Assembly: GCA_902491155.1 (NCBI GenBank) | Contig: CABUGH010000001.1 | Span: forward strand, 28,177-92,176 | Direction: 5' to 3' | Length of the DNA stretch: 64,000 nt | Source of the DNA: an uncultured Clostridium sp. | GTDB lineage: Bacteria > Bacillota > Clostridia > TANB77 > CAG-508 | Part shown: positions 42,904 through 52,973 of the stretch, piece after piece | Layout of the letters: each line of letters begins with the position of its first letter | Position numbering within the stretch: position 1 is the stretch's first letter | Made by a program: the position numbers and the translations under genes | The notes under the pieces: generated by a model | What the model was told of the DNA's origin: nothing | What the model saw: the letters and a program-made list of their open reading frames with translations, nothing else | Database searches by the model: none

Positions 42904-42994
42904 TTATATCAATCCTTTCATTTATTCTTTCAAAACTCTGTTTGTATTTTACTATAGATTTTTAAAATTTTCAATACTTTATATATTTTTGATA

Positions 42995-43298
42995 CTAAAT
43001 ATTTAAATTCATAGCAAACATACCTATCAAAAAACCTATAATATTACCCATCGCAGTCATTCTTCCATGATACAATTGATTTGACTCTGGTATTAATTCA
43101 CCTGATACTATATATAACATAGCTCCTGCTGCAAAACTCAAACAAATAGCTATTATACCTGTTGATATAGTTCCTAAAATTGCTCCAAAAAACGCACCCA
43201 CCCCTGTTGTTATTCCTGACAATATCACATAAAATATAACCTTTATTTTTGACATTCCACCATTTTTCATTGGAACAGCCATTGATATACCTTCTGGT
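42995..43298 (-). pseudogene. zupT: ZIP-family zinc transporter (ZupT-like) C-terminal fragment, the distal half of a gene split by the inserted element
   Basis: The 95-aa ORF (AVPMKNGG...YIVSGELIPESNQLYHGRMTAMGNIIGFLIGM) matches the last three TM helices of ZupT. The reading frame continues upstream as ...PEGIS-M up to the junction. Confidence 0.8.
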
Positions 43299-43364
43299 TG
43301 ATATAAAAATAGACAGTTTTAATTTTTATTTTTGGCTAATCTAATATTTAATATTAAATTAGCC

Positions 43365-44921
43365 TTATATTTTTTCTTTTAAGTTATTTAATTGTTTAAA
43401 ATTAAAATACAAATCTACTTGTTTATCTTGATGTATCTCTATTCTATTAATAATTACTTTCATAATTTCTGATGTTGGTTTATTTAGACTTAGAAAATCC
43501 TGTACAATACTTTTTATTTTTTCTGTATCATCTTTTTTTGATTCTTCTTTTTGTCTTTTAATTTCTATGTATTCGTTTTCTTTTTGCTTTATTTCATTTT
43601 TTAGTTTCGAGAATAACCTTTCATACATTTCTTCACTTATTTTATTGTTTAATTTATCTACATACATTTGGTCAATATTGCTATTTATTAATTTTATCTC
43701 GTTTTCTAGTTTTTGAAGTATTTTTCCATAATCATATTTTGTCATTTTCTTTTTTACTTCTAATTCGATTTTTTCACTATCTATTTTTTGAAATAAATTT
43801 CTACTATAATTAATTACTGTTTCTTCTAAATTAGAATAGCTAAAACCATGTGATGTACAAAGTTTTAATTTTGAATTTCTGCGATAATTGTTACATACCA
43901 TATAATAATTACCATTCTTTTTTCCTCTTACTCCTATTTTATGTTTGCATTCATAACAAAAAAGTAAACCATCTAATAAAAACATGTTTTTCTTTTCATT
44001 TCTATTATAGTTTTGAACTATTACCATTTTTTGTACTGAGTCAAATACATTTTTTTCTATTATTGGCTCATGTGTATTTTCTACAACAACCCATTTTTGT
44101 TCTGGATTAGCTTTAATTTTCCTATTTTTGTAGTTTATTCTACTTCTTTTATTTTGCACAGTTGTGCCTATATAAGCCTTGTTTTTTAATATATTTTTAA
44201 CTGTTTTATTTTCCCAGAATGTATCTTTATTATATCTTGAGTTATTAGCTGTTGGAATGTTGTTGCTATTTAAGTAATCTCTTATTACCCCAGCTTGATT
44301 TCCTGCAAATGCCATATTAAAAATTTTTCTTACAATTTTAGCCTCTGGCTCATATATTATTAGTTTATTTTTGTCATTTGAGTCTTTTATGTATCCAAGT
44401 GGTGTTTTTCCACCTACCCATTTTCCCTGTTTTTGCATAGTATGCATAGCTGTTCTAATTTTTTTAGACAAGTCTTTAGAATACATATCATTTAGTATTG
44501 ATTTAAAAGGTGCTATGTCATTATTACCATTTGATGTTTCAAAAGTGTCTATTCCATCTGTTACAGAAACATATCTTACATTATTTTCTGGGAACCATTT
44601 TTCTATATATTCTCCCGTTTCTATATAATCACGACCTAAACGAGATAAGTCTTTTGTTACAACCATGTTTATTTTACCTAGTTCAATATCTTTTATCATT
44701 CTTTGAAAATCTGGTCTATTAAAATTTGTACCTGTAAATCCTTGGTCAACATATGTATCTATTAACTGGTACTTCCATCCTAATTTTTGTACATATTCTG
44801 TTAGTAACGTCCTTTGATTTTTTATACTTTCACTTTCGTCATATCCTCTGTCTACGTCTTCTTTTGATAGCCTTATATAAATTGCTACTTTGTATATTGT
44901 TTTTTCTATTTGTTCAAGCAT
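43365..44921 (-). CDS. Large serine recombinase (resolvase/invertase N-domain + recombinase domain + zinc ribbon + coiled coil)
   Basis: The ORF is 518 aa. The N-terminus VAIYIRLSKED carries the catalytic Ser. A Cys-rich ribbon (CYECKHK...CNNY) and a C-terminal coiled coil complete the large serine recombinase architecture. Confidence 0.88.
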   Translation of the reverse strand: MLEQIEKTIYKVAIYIRLSKEDVDRGYDESESIKNQRTLLTEYVQKLGWKYQLIDTYVDQGFTGTNFNRPDFQRMIKDIELGKINMVVTKDLSRLGRDYIETGEYIEKWFPENNVRYVSVTDGIDTFETSNGNNDIAPFKSILNDMYSKDLSKKIRTAMHTMQKQGKWVGGKTPLGYIKDSNDKNKLIIYEPEAKIVRKIFNMAFAGNQAGVIRDYLNSNNIPTANNSRYNKDTFWENKTVKNILKNKAYIGTTVQNKRSRINYKNRKIKANPEQKWVVVENTHEPIIEKNVFDSVQKMVIVQNYNRNEKKNMFLLDGLLFCYECKHKIGVRGKKNGNYYMVCNNYRRNSKLKLCTSHGFSYSNLEETVINYSRNLFQKIDSEKIELEVKKKMTKYDYGKILQKLENEIKLINSNIDQMYVDKLNNKISEEMYERLFSKLKNEIKQKENEYIEIKRQKEESKKDDTEKIKSIVQDFLSLNKPTSEIMKVIINRIEIHQDKQVDLYFNFKQLNNLKEKI

Positions 44922-44999
44922 TTTTCCTCCCTTCTATGCTTGATAAAACAATTTGAATTTAAGTTTAATTATATCTTATTTAAGACAAAATTTTAATGC

Positions 45000-45110
45000 T
45001 CAAAAATGTTTTTCTTTAAAATATTAATTATTAAATGTTTTATTAATTCTTCTAATTCTTCACCTTTTTCGTCGAAGTACATATTAATTTTAAAAGTTTC
45101 ATTCATATCA
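45000..45110 (-). CDS. Possible small ORF (36 aa) with a strong RBS
   Basis: The ORF reads MNETFKINMYFDEKGEELEELIKHLIINILKKNIFEH and is preceded by GGGAGAG 8 nt upstream. It is absent from the ORF track because of its size and is speculative. Confidence 0.25.
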
Positions 45111-45445
45111 ACTCACTCTCCCTATACTATATATACATCCGTTTTTTTATAAAAATTCTCCCTTAAATTAAAATTAATTTAAAAAATTTTCAAATATGTT
45201 CATATATAGTTCAAGGGTAGCTATGCGATAGTTTTCACTATCACACACCTACCCTAGTTAGTAAAATATGTTATTGATTTGGTTCAAAAGCATTGATATT
45301 ACTGATTTTTCTCATTATAAAAAATGTCCATTTTTTTTAGTTTATTTTACTCGAAAATTTGGACATTTTTAACTCACATATAATCTTAAATTAAACTGTT
45401 AAAATAGTACTAGAAAATTGTAAGTTATCTTCAAAAATTTTCTCT

Positions 45446-46042
45446 TTATTTTCTCTTATGCTTCTTATAAATTTCTATTAAATCTGGATCATTTTGATTT
45501 TTAGGTAAATTATTCAAGTCAAAAAATTTCATTTCTTTAGATTCTTCGTTACATTTTAATTCTCCAGCATAATGTCTTATACAATATAGGACTGTATTAT
45601 TTATTACAACATCACCATTCGGATAACTATTTCTTCTAGTTTTTCCTGATACTATGTCTATTAATTCTAAATTTTTTTCTTCTACATCTAAATTAGTTTC
45701 TTCTTTGACTTCTCTAATTATAGTATCCTTAAAACTTTCACCTAATTCTTGGCATCCTCCAGGCAATCCCCATAAATCTCTATCTGCTCTACTCTGAAGT
45801 AATATTTTTCCTTCATTATTAATTATTATTGCTGCAGCACCATCTTGTAGTAGGACAAATTTATGCTGTAATACTCCCATACATAATCGAGTAAAAACAG
45901 GATATCCAATTATATTGCTTAATTCAATTATTTCATCTGGTGTCATATATTCCATTATTTCCTTTAAATTCTCATAATTGATTTTTATTTTTTCTTCATT
46001 AGAAAGTATTTTTATTTTTTTTAATATTTCTTTACTATTCAT
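45446..46042 (-). CDS. NUDIX hydrolase with an N-terminal extension
   Basis: The Nudix box GLPGGCQELGESFKDTIIREVKEETNL (GX5EX7REUXEEXGU) is present. Confidence 0.85.
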   Translation of the reverse strand: MNSKEILKKIKILSNEEKIKINYENLKEIMEYMTPDEIIELSNIIGYPVFTRLCMGVLQHKFVLLQDGAAAIIINNEGKILLQSRADRDLWGLPGGCQELGESFKDTIIREVKEETNLDVEEKNLELIDIVSGKTRRNSYPNGDVVINNTVLYCIRHYAGELKCNEESKEMKFFDLNNLPKNQNDPDLIEIYKKHKRK

Positions 46043-46099
46043 TTTATTATCTCCTACAATACAACAATTTCTACATTAATTTCACCATAATAATATTTT

Positions 46100-47119
46100 T
46101 TACGTTTTGTTATTTAATCTATTTGCTTCAATAAGTAATTTATCAAAATCTGAAACTATTTTTTGATTTTTATTAAATTCATTATACTCTTTTTCTGCTT
46201 TTTCTTCTGCCTGTTTTCTTGATATTTTGCCATTGTCTTTTAAAATGTCATATTTTCTAAACTCCAAAAATTCATTTATACTTTTAGCAAATTCTTCCAT
46301 AGTAAACGTATTTTCTCTTTCAACCAAATCCTCTATATAATCAAAATATCCAGAAACTGTTCTCTCTAATCTTTTGATTTGTCTTTCATCTAAATAGTTT
46401 TTTGCAATCATTACATCTGATTTTAATATTCTTCCATCTGGTGAATTTTTCCACGTTGTTAAGCCCATATTTTCTTTTGTATGGTCTGCATTTTTGTATA
46501 TTATTTCTGCTGCAGTGTTTCCCGTAATGGCATAATGGAATTTATTTTGAACTGTTGCATAAAACTTTTGTGTTATTTCTGAATCTTTGTCATAGTCTAT
46601 ACTACATTCCGCAAATATATCTGTTATTTGCTGCCATATTCTTCGTTCACTTGTCCTAATTGAACGAATTCTTTCTAATAATTCTTTAAAATAGTCTTTT
46701 CCAAATTTTGGACCGTTTTTTAATAATACATCATTTAAAACAAATCCTTTTTTTATATATTCTTTCAATGTATTAGTTGCCCATATTCTAAAGTCTGTTG
46801 CTTGTTTTGAGTTCACTCTATATCCAACCGCTATGATAGCATCTAAACTATAAAATGTTAATTCTCTTGAAACCTCTCTGTTTCCTTCTTTTTGAACTGT
46901 TCGAATTTTTCGAATAGTTCGATTTTCTTCCAATTCATGAGTTTCAAATATCTCCTTTAAATGATAATTTATTGTGTTTACTTCTACATCAAACAATTTA
47001 GACATTGATTTTTGTGTTAACCAAAAATCTTCGCTATCATATAAAACTTCTACAGATATGTTTTCGTTGCATTGACTTTGATAAATTATTAAATCTTTTA
47101 AATTTTCTATTATATTCAT
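46100..47119 (-). CDS. RhuM-family virulence-associated protein
   Basis: The conserved core ...TFYSLDAIIAVGYRVNSKQATDFRIWATNTLKEYIKKGF... is typical of the Virulence_RhuM family. The ORF is 339 aa. Confidence 0.7.
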   Translation of the reverse strand: MNIIENLKDLIIYQSQCNENISVEVLYDSEDFWLTQKSMSKLFDVEVNTINYHLKEIFETHELEENRTIRKIRTVQKEGNREVSRELTFYSLDAIIAVGYRVNSKQATDFRIWATNTLKEYIKKGFVLNDVLLKNGPKFGKDYFKELLERIRSIRTSERRIWQQITDIFAECSIDYDKDSEITQKFYATVQNKFHYAITGNTAAEIIYKNADHTKENMGLTTWKNSPDGRILKSDVMIAKNYLDERQIKRLERTVSGYFDYIEDLVERENTFTMEEFAKSINEFLEFRKYDILKDNGKISRKQAEEKAEKEYNEFNKNQKIVSDFDKLLIEANRLNNKT

Positions 47120-47176
47120 ATTGGTCTCATCTCCTTCTCTATATCTTCATAACTTACTATTTTTCTTAGTTTTATA

Positions 47177-48013
47177 TCAAATACTTTGCCAATAATAATA
47201 TAAGATATTTTTATCAGCATCATAAACTCCTATTTCCCAACCTGTTGCTTCTTCTTTTGTAAAATTATGTTTTTTGTTTTCATCGCTTGTTCTACATACT
47301 AATTCATAATGATAATATCCATTTTTTATTTCAAGTACTTCACGGTTATATTCAAAATCATCTAATATACTATCATCAAGTCTGCTTTTACTCCATTTTG
47401 AATTAACATCTAATTTTTTTACTATATCCTGTCCATTTTCTTTTGAAAATTCATATACATAATAATCTAATCCATCATATTGAATTCCTTCTCTTACACT
47501 ATAAATCTCTCTTTTGATATAGTCTTCTGTCTTTACTCCTAAAATATTACTATAATTATTATGTGTTCCATAAAGGTAGCTTTTTAAATAATATAATTTT
47601 TCATTTTTTAAATCAAATATAGCATAAATCCCCTTACTATCATAATAATATAAATCTTCTCTATCTATATCCTTCATATCATTGTCAACTATCTCATAAA
47701 ATCTCATCATCTCATATTCATAAAATTTGTTTTTACTCCAATAATTGCTTTTCTCTAATTTTCTTCTAAATTCTTCTTTTTCTCCAAACATATTTAATTT
47801 ATATACCGTATACTTCTGTAAAGGGTCATCCTTATATACAGTATAGTAATCTACATTATATGAACTTAGTTCTAGGTTTATTTTTTTATATTCCTCATCA
47901 ACTTTAAAAGTTACTTTTGATATAAGTATATAAATAATCAAAAACATTATAATTACTATTAATAATATAAGTACAACTTCTTTCAAACCTTTCTTATTCA
48001 ATATGAACACCAT
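47177..48013 (-). CDS. Hypothetical membrane-anchored protein (Tyr/Asp-rich extracytoplasmic domain)
   Basis: The 278-aa ORF has an N-terminal signal anchor. No family was recognised. Confidence 0.45.
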   Translation of the reverse strand: MVFILNKKGLKEVVLILLIVIIMFLIIYILISKVTFKVDEEYKKINLELSSYNVDYYTVYKDDPLQKYTVYKLNMFGEKEEFRRKLEKSNYWSKNKFYEYEMMRFYEIVDNDMKDIDREDLYYYDSKGIYAIFDLKNEKLYYLKSYLYGTHNNYSNILGVKTEDYIKREIYSVREGIQYDGLDYYVYEFSKENGQDIVKKLDVNSKWSKSRLDDSILDDFEYNREVLEIKNGYYHYELVCRTSDENKKHNFTKEEATGWEIGVYDADKNILYYYWQSI

Positions 48014-48025
48014 CCTATTATAACA

Positions 48026-49099
48026 TTAAAATTCTCCTTCTTTTGTTTCAAATTTTATTTTAACATTATATGTCTTTATAACTCCATATTCGCTTGAGGC
48101 TACTCCTAAATTATTTAATGTAGTAGATATAATATCTCTTAACTTTCCCTCTTCTTCATCTGCATATTCCCTTAAATCCTTGAAGTCAGTAAAATCATAA
48201 GTATCTTTAATTTCAATTTCTAAATTCCATTTATTATTTTCGTTTCTTGTTCCTTTAACTAATAATGTTGCATCATGGAGAGCATAAAGTAAATCTGCAT
48301 CATCAAATCTAATTAAAGTGTCCTCTCTTGGCGATTTTTCGTCTACAATAAATTCATTTTTCTTTTCTCCATATTTTTCTATTAATTGTTTTAGTTTTTT
48401 CTTAAATATTGGGCTTTCAAGTAATGTCTTTTTTATGTTTTCATCCTCTATCACTAAATCACTGGGTTCTTTTCCAAATATAGATAGTGAATTTGTCAGT
48501 AATTTAGCAGAAAGTGGCTTATTAGTAAATAGTCCACCTATAACGACAACTTGCCAAAACATATATTGCATTGAATAAAATACAGTATATGATATCGGAT
48601 TGTTCTTCTTTGTTATATCAAATATAAAACTTAAACTTTTTATATAACCATTAGCAACTTTTACATCTATATCATTCCAATTTATATTTTGAAAATCTTT
48701 TATAATCTTTTCGAATTTTTGGTAATAATTAAATAATTTATATATATCATTTAATGAAAAATTCATTAATTCTACAGTATCTTTAGAAAAAGGCGTTATA
48801 TTCTTTATATCCTTTAACATTTTTTCTTCTATATTTCTCAATGCATCAAAGTTCATATTCTTTAAATAATTTAGTGCTATGTATTTTTGTGTTAAATCAT
48901 ATTTCTTAGTTTTACTTAAGAAATATTTATGATTTTTCCAAGCAACTTTAGTACATAAATATAATTCCTTATTCCATACAAATTTAGGTGGTTTACGTAT
49001 TCCTAATTCTCCATAAATGTTATCAAGGCATCCTCTTCCAAACATTTTATATTTATAATCATATGGTTTATTGCATAATAAACATCTTTTTTCTTCCAT
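48026..49099 (-). CDS. Hypothetical protein with an N-terminal Cys cluster (CLLCNKP...GRGC)
   Basis: The 357-aa ORF has a possible zinc-ribbon-like N-terminus. No family was recognised. It is the first gene of the cargo operon. Confidence 0.45.
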   Translation of the reverse strand: MEEKRCLLCNKPYDYKYKMFGRGCLDNIYGELGIRKPPKFVWNKELYLCTKVAWKNHKYFLSKTKKYDLTQKYIALNYLKNMNFDALRNIEEKMLKDIKNITPFSKDTVELMNFSLNDIYKLFNYYQKFEKIIKDFQNINWNDIDVKVANGYIKSLSFIFDITKKNNPISYTVFYSMQYMFWQVVVIGGLFTNKPLSAKLLTNSLSIFGKEPSDLVIEDENIKKTLLESPIFKKKLKQLIEKYGEKKNEFIVDEKSPREDTLIRFDDADLLYALHDATLLVKGTRNENNKWNLEIEIKDTYDFTDFKDLREYADEEEGKLRDIISTTLNNLGVASSEYGVIKTYNVKIKFETKEGEF

Positions 49100-49304
49100 A
49101 GATTTATCAATCCCCTTTTTATTATTATAAGTTATATTAATTATTCTATTTATATCATAATATTTAAAACTTTTCCATAAACTTACAAAATTTATTTTTT
49201 CTCGATTTTATATCAAACATTTGTTTTTGTCAATAGTTAAAAATAAATTTCAAAATTTTTTTAAACTCTGAAATTTAAGTATTTCTATTAAATTCAAATT
49301 GTTT

Positions 49305-49772
49305 TTATCTAGCATACTGTCTACTTTGAAATCTACCTTCTGGTATATCATGTAAGCAAATAGCAATAGCAAGACTAATTCCTAATTTTATAGATGCATT
49401 AAATCCAGAACCTATTGCTAACCCTTCTGGAAAATTATGAATAGCCAAACCTATAGAAATAACAATACCTGTTTTTAATAATTGATTCGACTTTACATTT
49501 TCTGCTCTTTTATCCACAAACAAATCACAAAAAATCATAACAACAATTCCGAAAAATATTCCTAATAAAACTGGAAATATCTCACTAATTTCCAAAGCTT
49601 CTGGTATTAAATCAAAACAAATAATTGCCATCATTAATCCAGAAGCAAACGATAAAATAAAACTTAAAAACTTATTTGAATTTTTCTTTACATATACTCC
49701 AATTAGCCCTCCTAATGTAGTACCAAATGTGCCAAAAAACAAACCTAATAAAGTAGTCTTTAAAATTTGCAA
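49305..49772 (-). pseudogene. zupT: ZIP-family zinc transporter (ZupT-like) N-terminal fragment, the proximal half of the split gene
   Basis: The ORF has TM helices and the paired metal-binding motifs HNFPEGLAIG and HDIPEG. After PEG it reads into the element and terminates after 9 unrelated residues (RFQSRQYAR*). Confidence 0.82.
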
Positions 49773-49896
49773 ATAATATCATCCCTTTCCAAAAAAGTGA
49801 AACCATGAATTTTTACATATATAAATTACTAAAATTCTAGGTTCCACATTTTATTATTATTCACTAAATTTTATGTTCTACTCTATTAGGTTATGC

Positions 49897-50958
49897 TTAA
49901 TCATCCTCACCTTTTAACTTTTCAGCCCTATCTGCTGCAATCAAATTATCTATCATTTCATCCAAATCACCATTTAAAAAGTTTTCCATTTGATAAATAC
50001 TCATACCAATTCTATGATCTGTAATTCTACCCTGAGGATAATTATATGTTCTAATTTTTTCACTTCGATCCCCTGAACCAACTTGTGATTTTCTGCTATT
50101 TGCTATTTCACTATCTTGCTTTTGCTTTTCAATTTCATATAACTTAGTTCTTAACATTTTCATAGCATTATCTCTATTTTGAAATTGTGATCTTTCCGTT
50201 TGACATTCTACAACAACTCCAGATGGTTCATGTATAAGTCTTACTGCTGATGAAGTTTTATTTATATGTTGTCCACCAGCACCAGAAGAACGAAAAACCT
50301 CCATTTTTATATCTGCAGGATTTATATCTATTTCTACATCTTCAACAACAGGTAAAACAGCAACTGTCGCTGTTGATGTATGTATTCTACCACTACTTTC
50401 TGTATCTGGAACCCTTTGAACTCTATGAACACCACTTTCAAATTTCAAACGACTATATACACCTTTTCCTGTTATCATAAAAGAAATTTCCTTATATCCA
50501 CCAAGCCCTGTTTCATTTTCATTAAGAATTTCTAGCTTCCAGTGTTTTTTTTCGGCATACATAGTGTACATTCTAAATAGTGTCCCTGCAAACAAAGCTG
50601 CTTCTTCCCCTCCAGCACCAGCACGAATTTCACATATAATATTTTTATCATCATCTGGATCTTTAGGAATTAACAATATTTTTAATTCCTCCTCTATTTT
50701 AGGTAACATCTCCTTAGATTCATAATATTCTGCTTCTGCAAGTTGTTTCATTTCTGAATCTTGCATCATTTCTTTTGCTTCTTCCATATCTTTTTGAACT
50801 TTTTTATATTCTCTATATTTTAAAACAACTTCTTCTATACTAGCATGTTCTTTCATCAATTTCTGCCATTCTGACTGATTTGCAATAACTTCTGGGTCAC
50901 TAATCAATTTTGTTAATTCATCATATCTTTTTTCTACTAACTTTAATTTGTCAAACAT
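49897..50958 (-). CDS. prfA: Peptide chain release factor 1
   Basis: The GGQ motif ([11 protein letters not shown]) and the PxT-type decoding region are present in a 353-aa ORF. Confidence 0.95.
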   Translation of the reverse strand: MFDKLKLVEKRYDELTKLISDPEVIANQSEWQKLMKEHASIEEVVLKYREYKKVQKDMEEAKEMMQDSEMKQLAEAEYYESKEMLPKIEEELKILLIPKDPDDDKNIICEIRAGAGGEEAALFAGTLFRMYTMYAEKKHWKLEILNENETGLGGYKEISFMITGKGVYSRLKFESGVHRVQRVPDTESSGRIHTSTATVAVLPVVEDVEIDINPADIKMEVFRSSGAGGQHINKTSSAVRLIHEPSGVVVECQTERSQFQNRDNAMKMLRTKLYEIEKQKQDSEIANSRKSQVGSGDRSEKIRTYNYPQGRITDHRIGMSIYQMENFLNGDLDEMIDNLIAADRAEKLKGEDD

Positions 50959-51016
50959 CTAATAACATTCCTTTCCTACTCATATGGTAATATTTTACTA
51001 CAAATACAACAAAAAA

Positions 51017-52960
51017 TCAACTAATATTAATTAAATTATAATCAATCATATTTTTTCTTAATACTTTTTCTTCTCGATTCGTACAAGTAAAAATAAAAAT
51101 TTGATTTTTCTCATTATTTTTAGTCATTGCCAATAAAAAATTTTCTAATCTTTCATCATCAAAATAAGCAAAAGCCTCATCAAGAATAATTGGTAAACTT
51201 TCATTTGACAATTCATTAATCATAGAAAGCCTTAGGGAAAGATACAATTGCTCTATTGTGCCAACACTTAATTTTCCAGCTGGAACATAATCTCCTTGCT
51301 CATTTTCAACTATTAAACCTATTTCATCATTAAAATTAACATTTGTGTATTTACCACCAGTTATTTCAGAAATATTTTGAGATAAATTCTGAGTAAATCT
51401 TGGAGCAACAGATCCTTTCATTAATTCATAACATTCACTTAAAACTGATTTAGCCAATTCAAAACTCATATTTAATTTTTCTAACTCATATTTATTCTGT
51501 TTTCGTAAAACATACTCCTCCTGAATACTAGACAACCTATCCAATTTAGGTTCGATATTGTTTTTATCTAGAATTAAACTATGCAAATTAATCTTAGCAT
51601 TTGCAAGTTCTACTTGCAATTCTTGAATTTTTGATTGTATTTGTTCAATTTTTATAGTTTCATCAAATTTCATATTAGTCCCATATCTTTGAAAAACGAA
51701 ATTTAATTTTTGGTTTTTCTCAGCATTTATCTCATTTTGCATACGCAAAATATTATCATCTACTTCCTTATTATTTACTTCTAAATTATATATTTCATTT
51801 TGTATTAATTTTATCTTTTCATTTATAATTTCATTATTTTTTATTTTAGTATTATATTCCTCATTCTTCCTCTTTACTTTTTTTCTATTATTAATATCTA
51901 AAAAAGCAAAAAATATTACAAATAAATCTAGAACAAAAAACAAACTATACTTAACAATATTATTTTTTAAAAAAACAAATTGTATTATATTTAAAAATAT
52001 CAAAATAATTGATAAAACAATAAATATATAATTTTTTTCTGTATTTAATTGATTACCATTCCAAGTAGAAAATTCTTTTAATAATTCTTTATTTTCTTCT
52101 CTAATTGTATCTATATTGAAATCATATTCTTTAATTTTATTTAAATTATTAGATTTTATTTTTTTTTGGAAATCAATATCTTGTTGTTTAATATTTACGT
52201 TTTCCAACACATTTCTTATTTCAGTATACATCTGCATATCATTTTCGATTTTTTTGATATTATTTTGCACATCAAAAATCTTGCCTTCCACTTCATATTG
52301 CAAATTTTCATATTTTTCCAAAGTATTTTTTTCTAATTCTAACTCTTCTATTTTTTTGCTAACAACATTAATAGGTTTCTCTCTTGATCTTGAAGTTCCC
52401 ACCTCATCTAATTGCCTTCTGTTTATACGATCAATAGCTATTTTAAAAGATGTATTGTCATCTCCGGTTCCTACTAAATTAGCAATTTTTTGAATCAATA
52501 TGCTTTGTTCGGATTTCTGTAATCTTATTTCTTGCTGACTTGAAACTAAAGTAGATAAAAACAAATCCTCGTCTACTTTAGTTTGGTCATAAAAAAATTG
52601 ATTTCCTGTAGATTTATCTATGGTAAATTGATTAGAAATATCTTCTTTTTGTTCATTATATATTTTAGGATTTTTCTTTTTAAAATCACGGTAAACTTCA
52701 AATTTATTACCATCGTCTAATTGATATAAAAGCTTTCCAGAAAACTCTTCTCCAGACCAAGGCAAATATTTATCAAATTCTGAAAATTCCCTACCTTTTT
52801 TATTTTTCCCTATACCATAAAAACTACTTAATATATAATGCATTATTGTAGATTTTCCAGATTCATTTTTTCCATAGATAATATTTAATCCATCACCAAA
52901 TTGTATCTCCTTATTTTGTAGTTTTCCAAAAGAATTAATATTTAATTTTTTTATTTTCAA
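51017..52960 (-). CDS. SbcC/YhaN-like AAA (SMC-type) ATPase with central transmembrane hairpin
   Basis: The N-terminal Walker A motif GKNESGKST and a long coiled coil are followed by two central hydrophobic helices (FIVLSIILIFLNIIQFVFL, LFFVLDLFVIFFAFL). The C-terminus carries the signature and Walker B motifs (LSVGTIEQLYLSLRL, ILDEAF). Confidence 0.75.
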   Translation of the reverse strand: MKIKKLNINSFGKLQNKEIQFGDGLNIIYGKNESGKSTIMHYILSSFYGIGKNKKGREFSEFDKYLPWSGEEFSGKLLYQLDDGNKFEVYRDFKKKNPKIYNEQKEDISNQFTIDKSTGNQFFYDQTKVDEDLFLSTLVSSQQEIRLQKSEQSILIQKIANLVGTGDDNTSFKIAIDRINRRQLDEVGTSRSREKPINVVSKKIEELELEKNTLEKYENLQYEVEGKIFDVQNNIKKIENDMQMYTEIRNVLENVNIKQQDIDFQKKIKSNNLNKIKEYDFNIDTIREENKELLKEFSTWNGNQLNTEKNYIFIVLSIILIFLNIIQFVFLKNNIVKYSLFFVLDLFVIFFAFLDINNRKKVKRKNEEYNTKIKNNEIINEKIKLIQNEIYNLEVNNKEVDDNILRMQNEINAEKNQKLNFVFQRYGTNMKFDETIKIEQIQSKIQELQVELANAKINLHSLILDKNNIEPKLDRLSSIQEEYVLRKQNKYELEKLNMSFELAKSVLSECYELMKGSVAPRFTQNLSQNISEITGGKYTNVNFNDEIGLIVENEQGDYVPAGKLSVGTIEQLYLSLRLSMINELSNESLPIILDEAFAYFDDERLENFLLAMTKNNEKNQIFIFTCTNREEKVLRKNMIDYNLINIS

Positions 52961-52973
52961 TAAAATACCTCCT

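Larger units (their letters stand above)
43299..49333 (-). mobile_element. ~6.0 kb integrated element inserted in zupT, flanked by an 11-bp direct repeat TACCTTCTGGT (43288-43298 and 49334-49344)
   Basis: Identical 11-mers sit at both junctions. The element carries a large serine recombinase gene at the attL-proximal end and five cargo genes all on the minus strand. Seamless deletion between the repeats yields an in-frame ~243-aa ZupT (...CLHDIPEG-ISMAVPMKNGG...). Confidence 0.8.
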
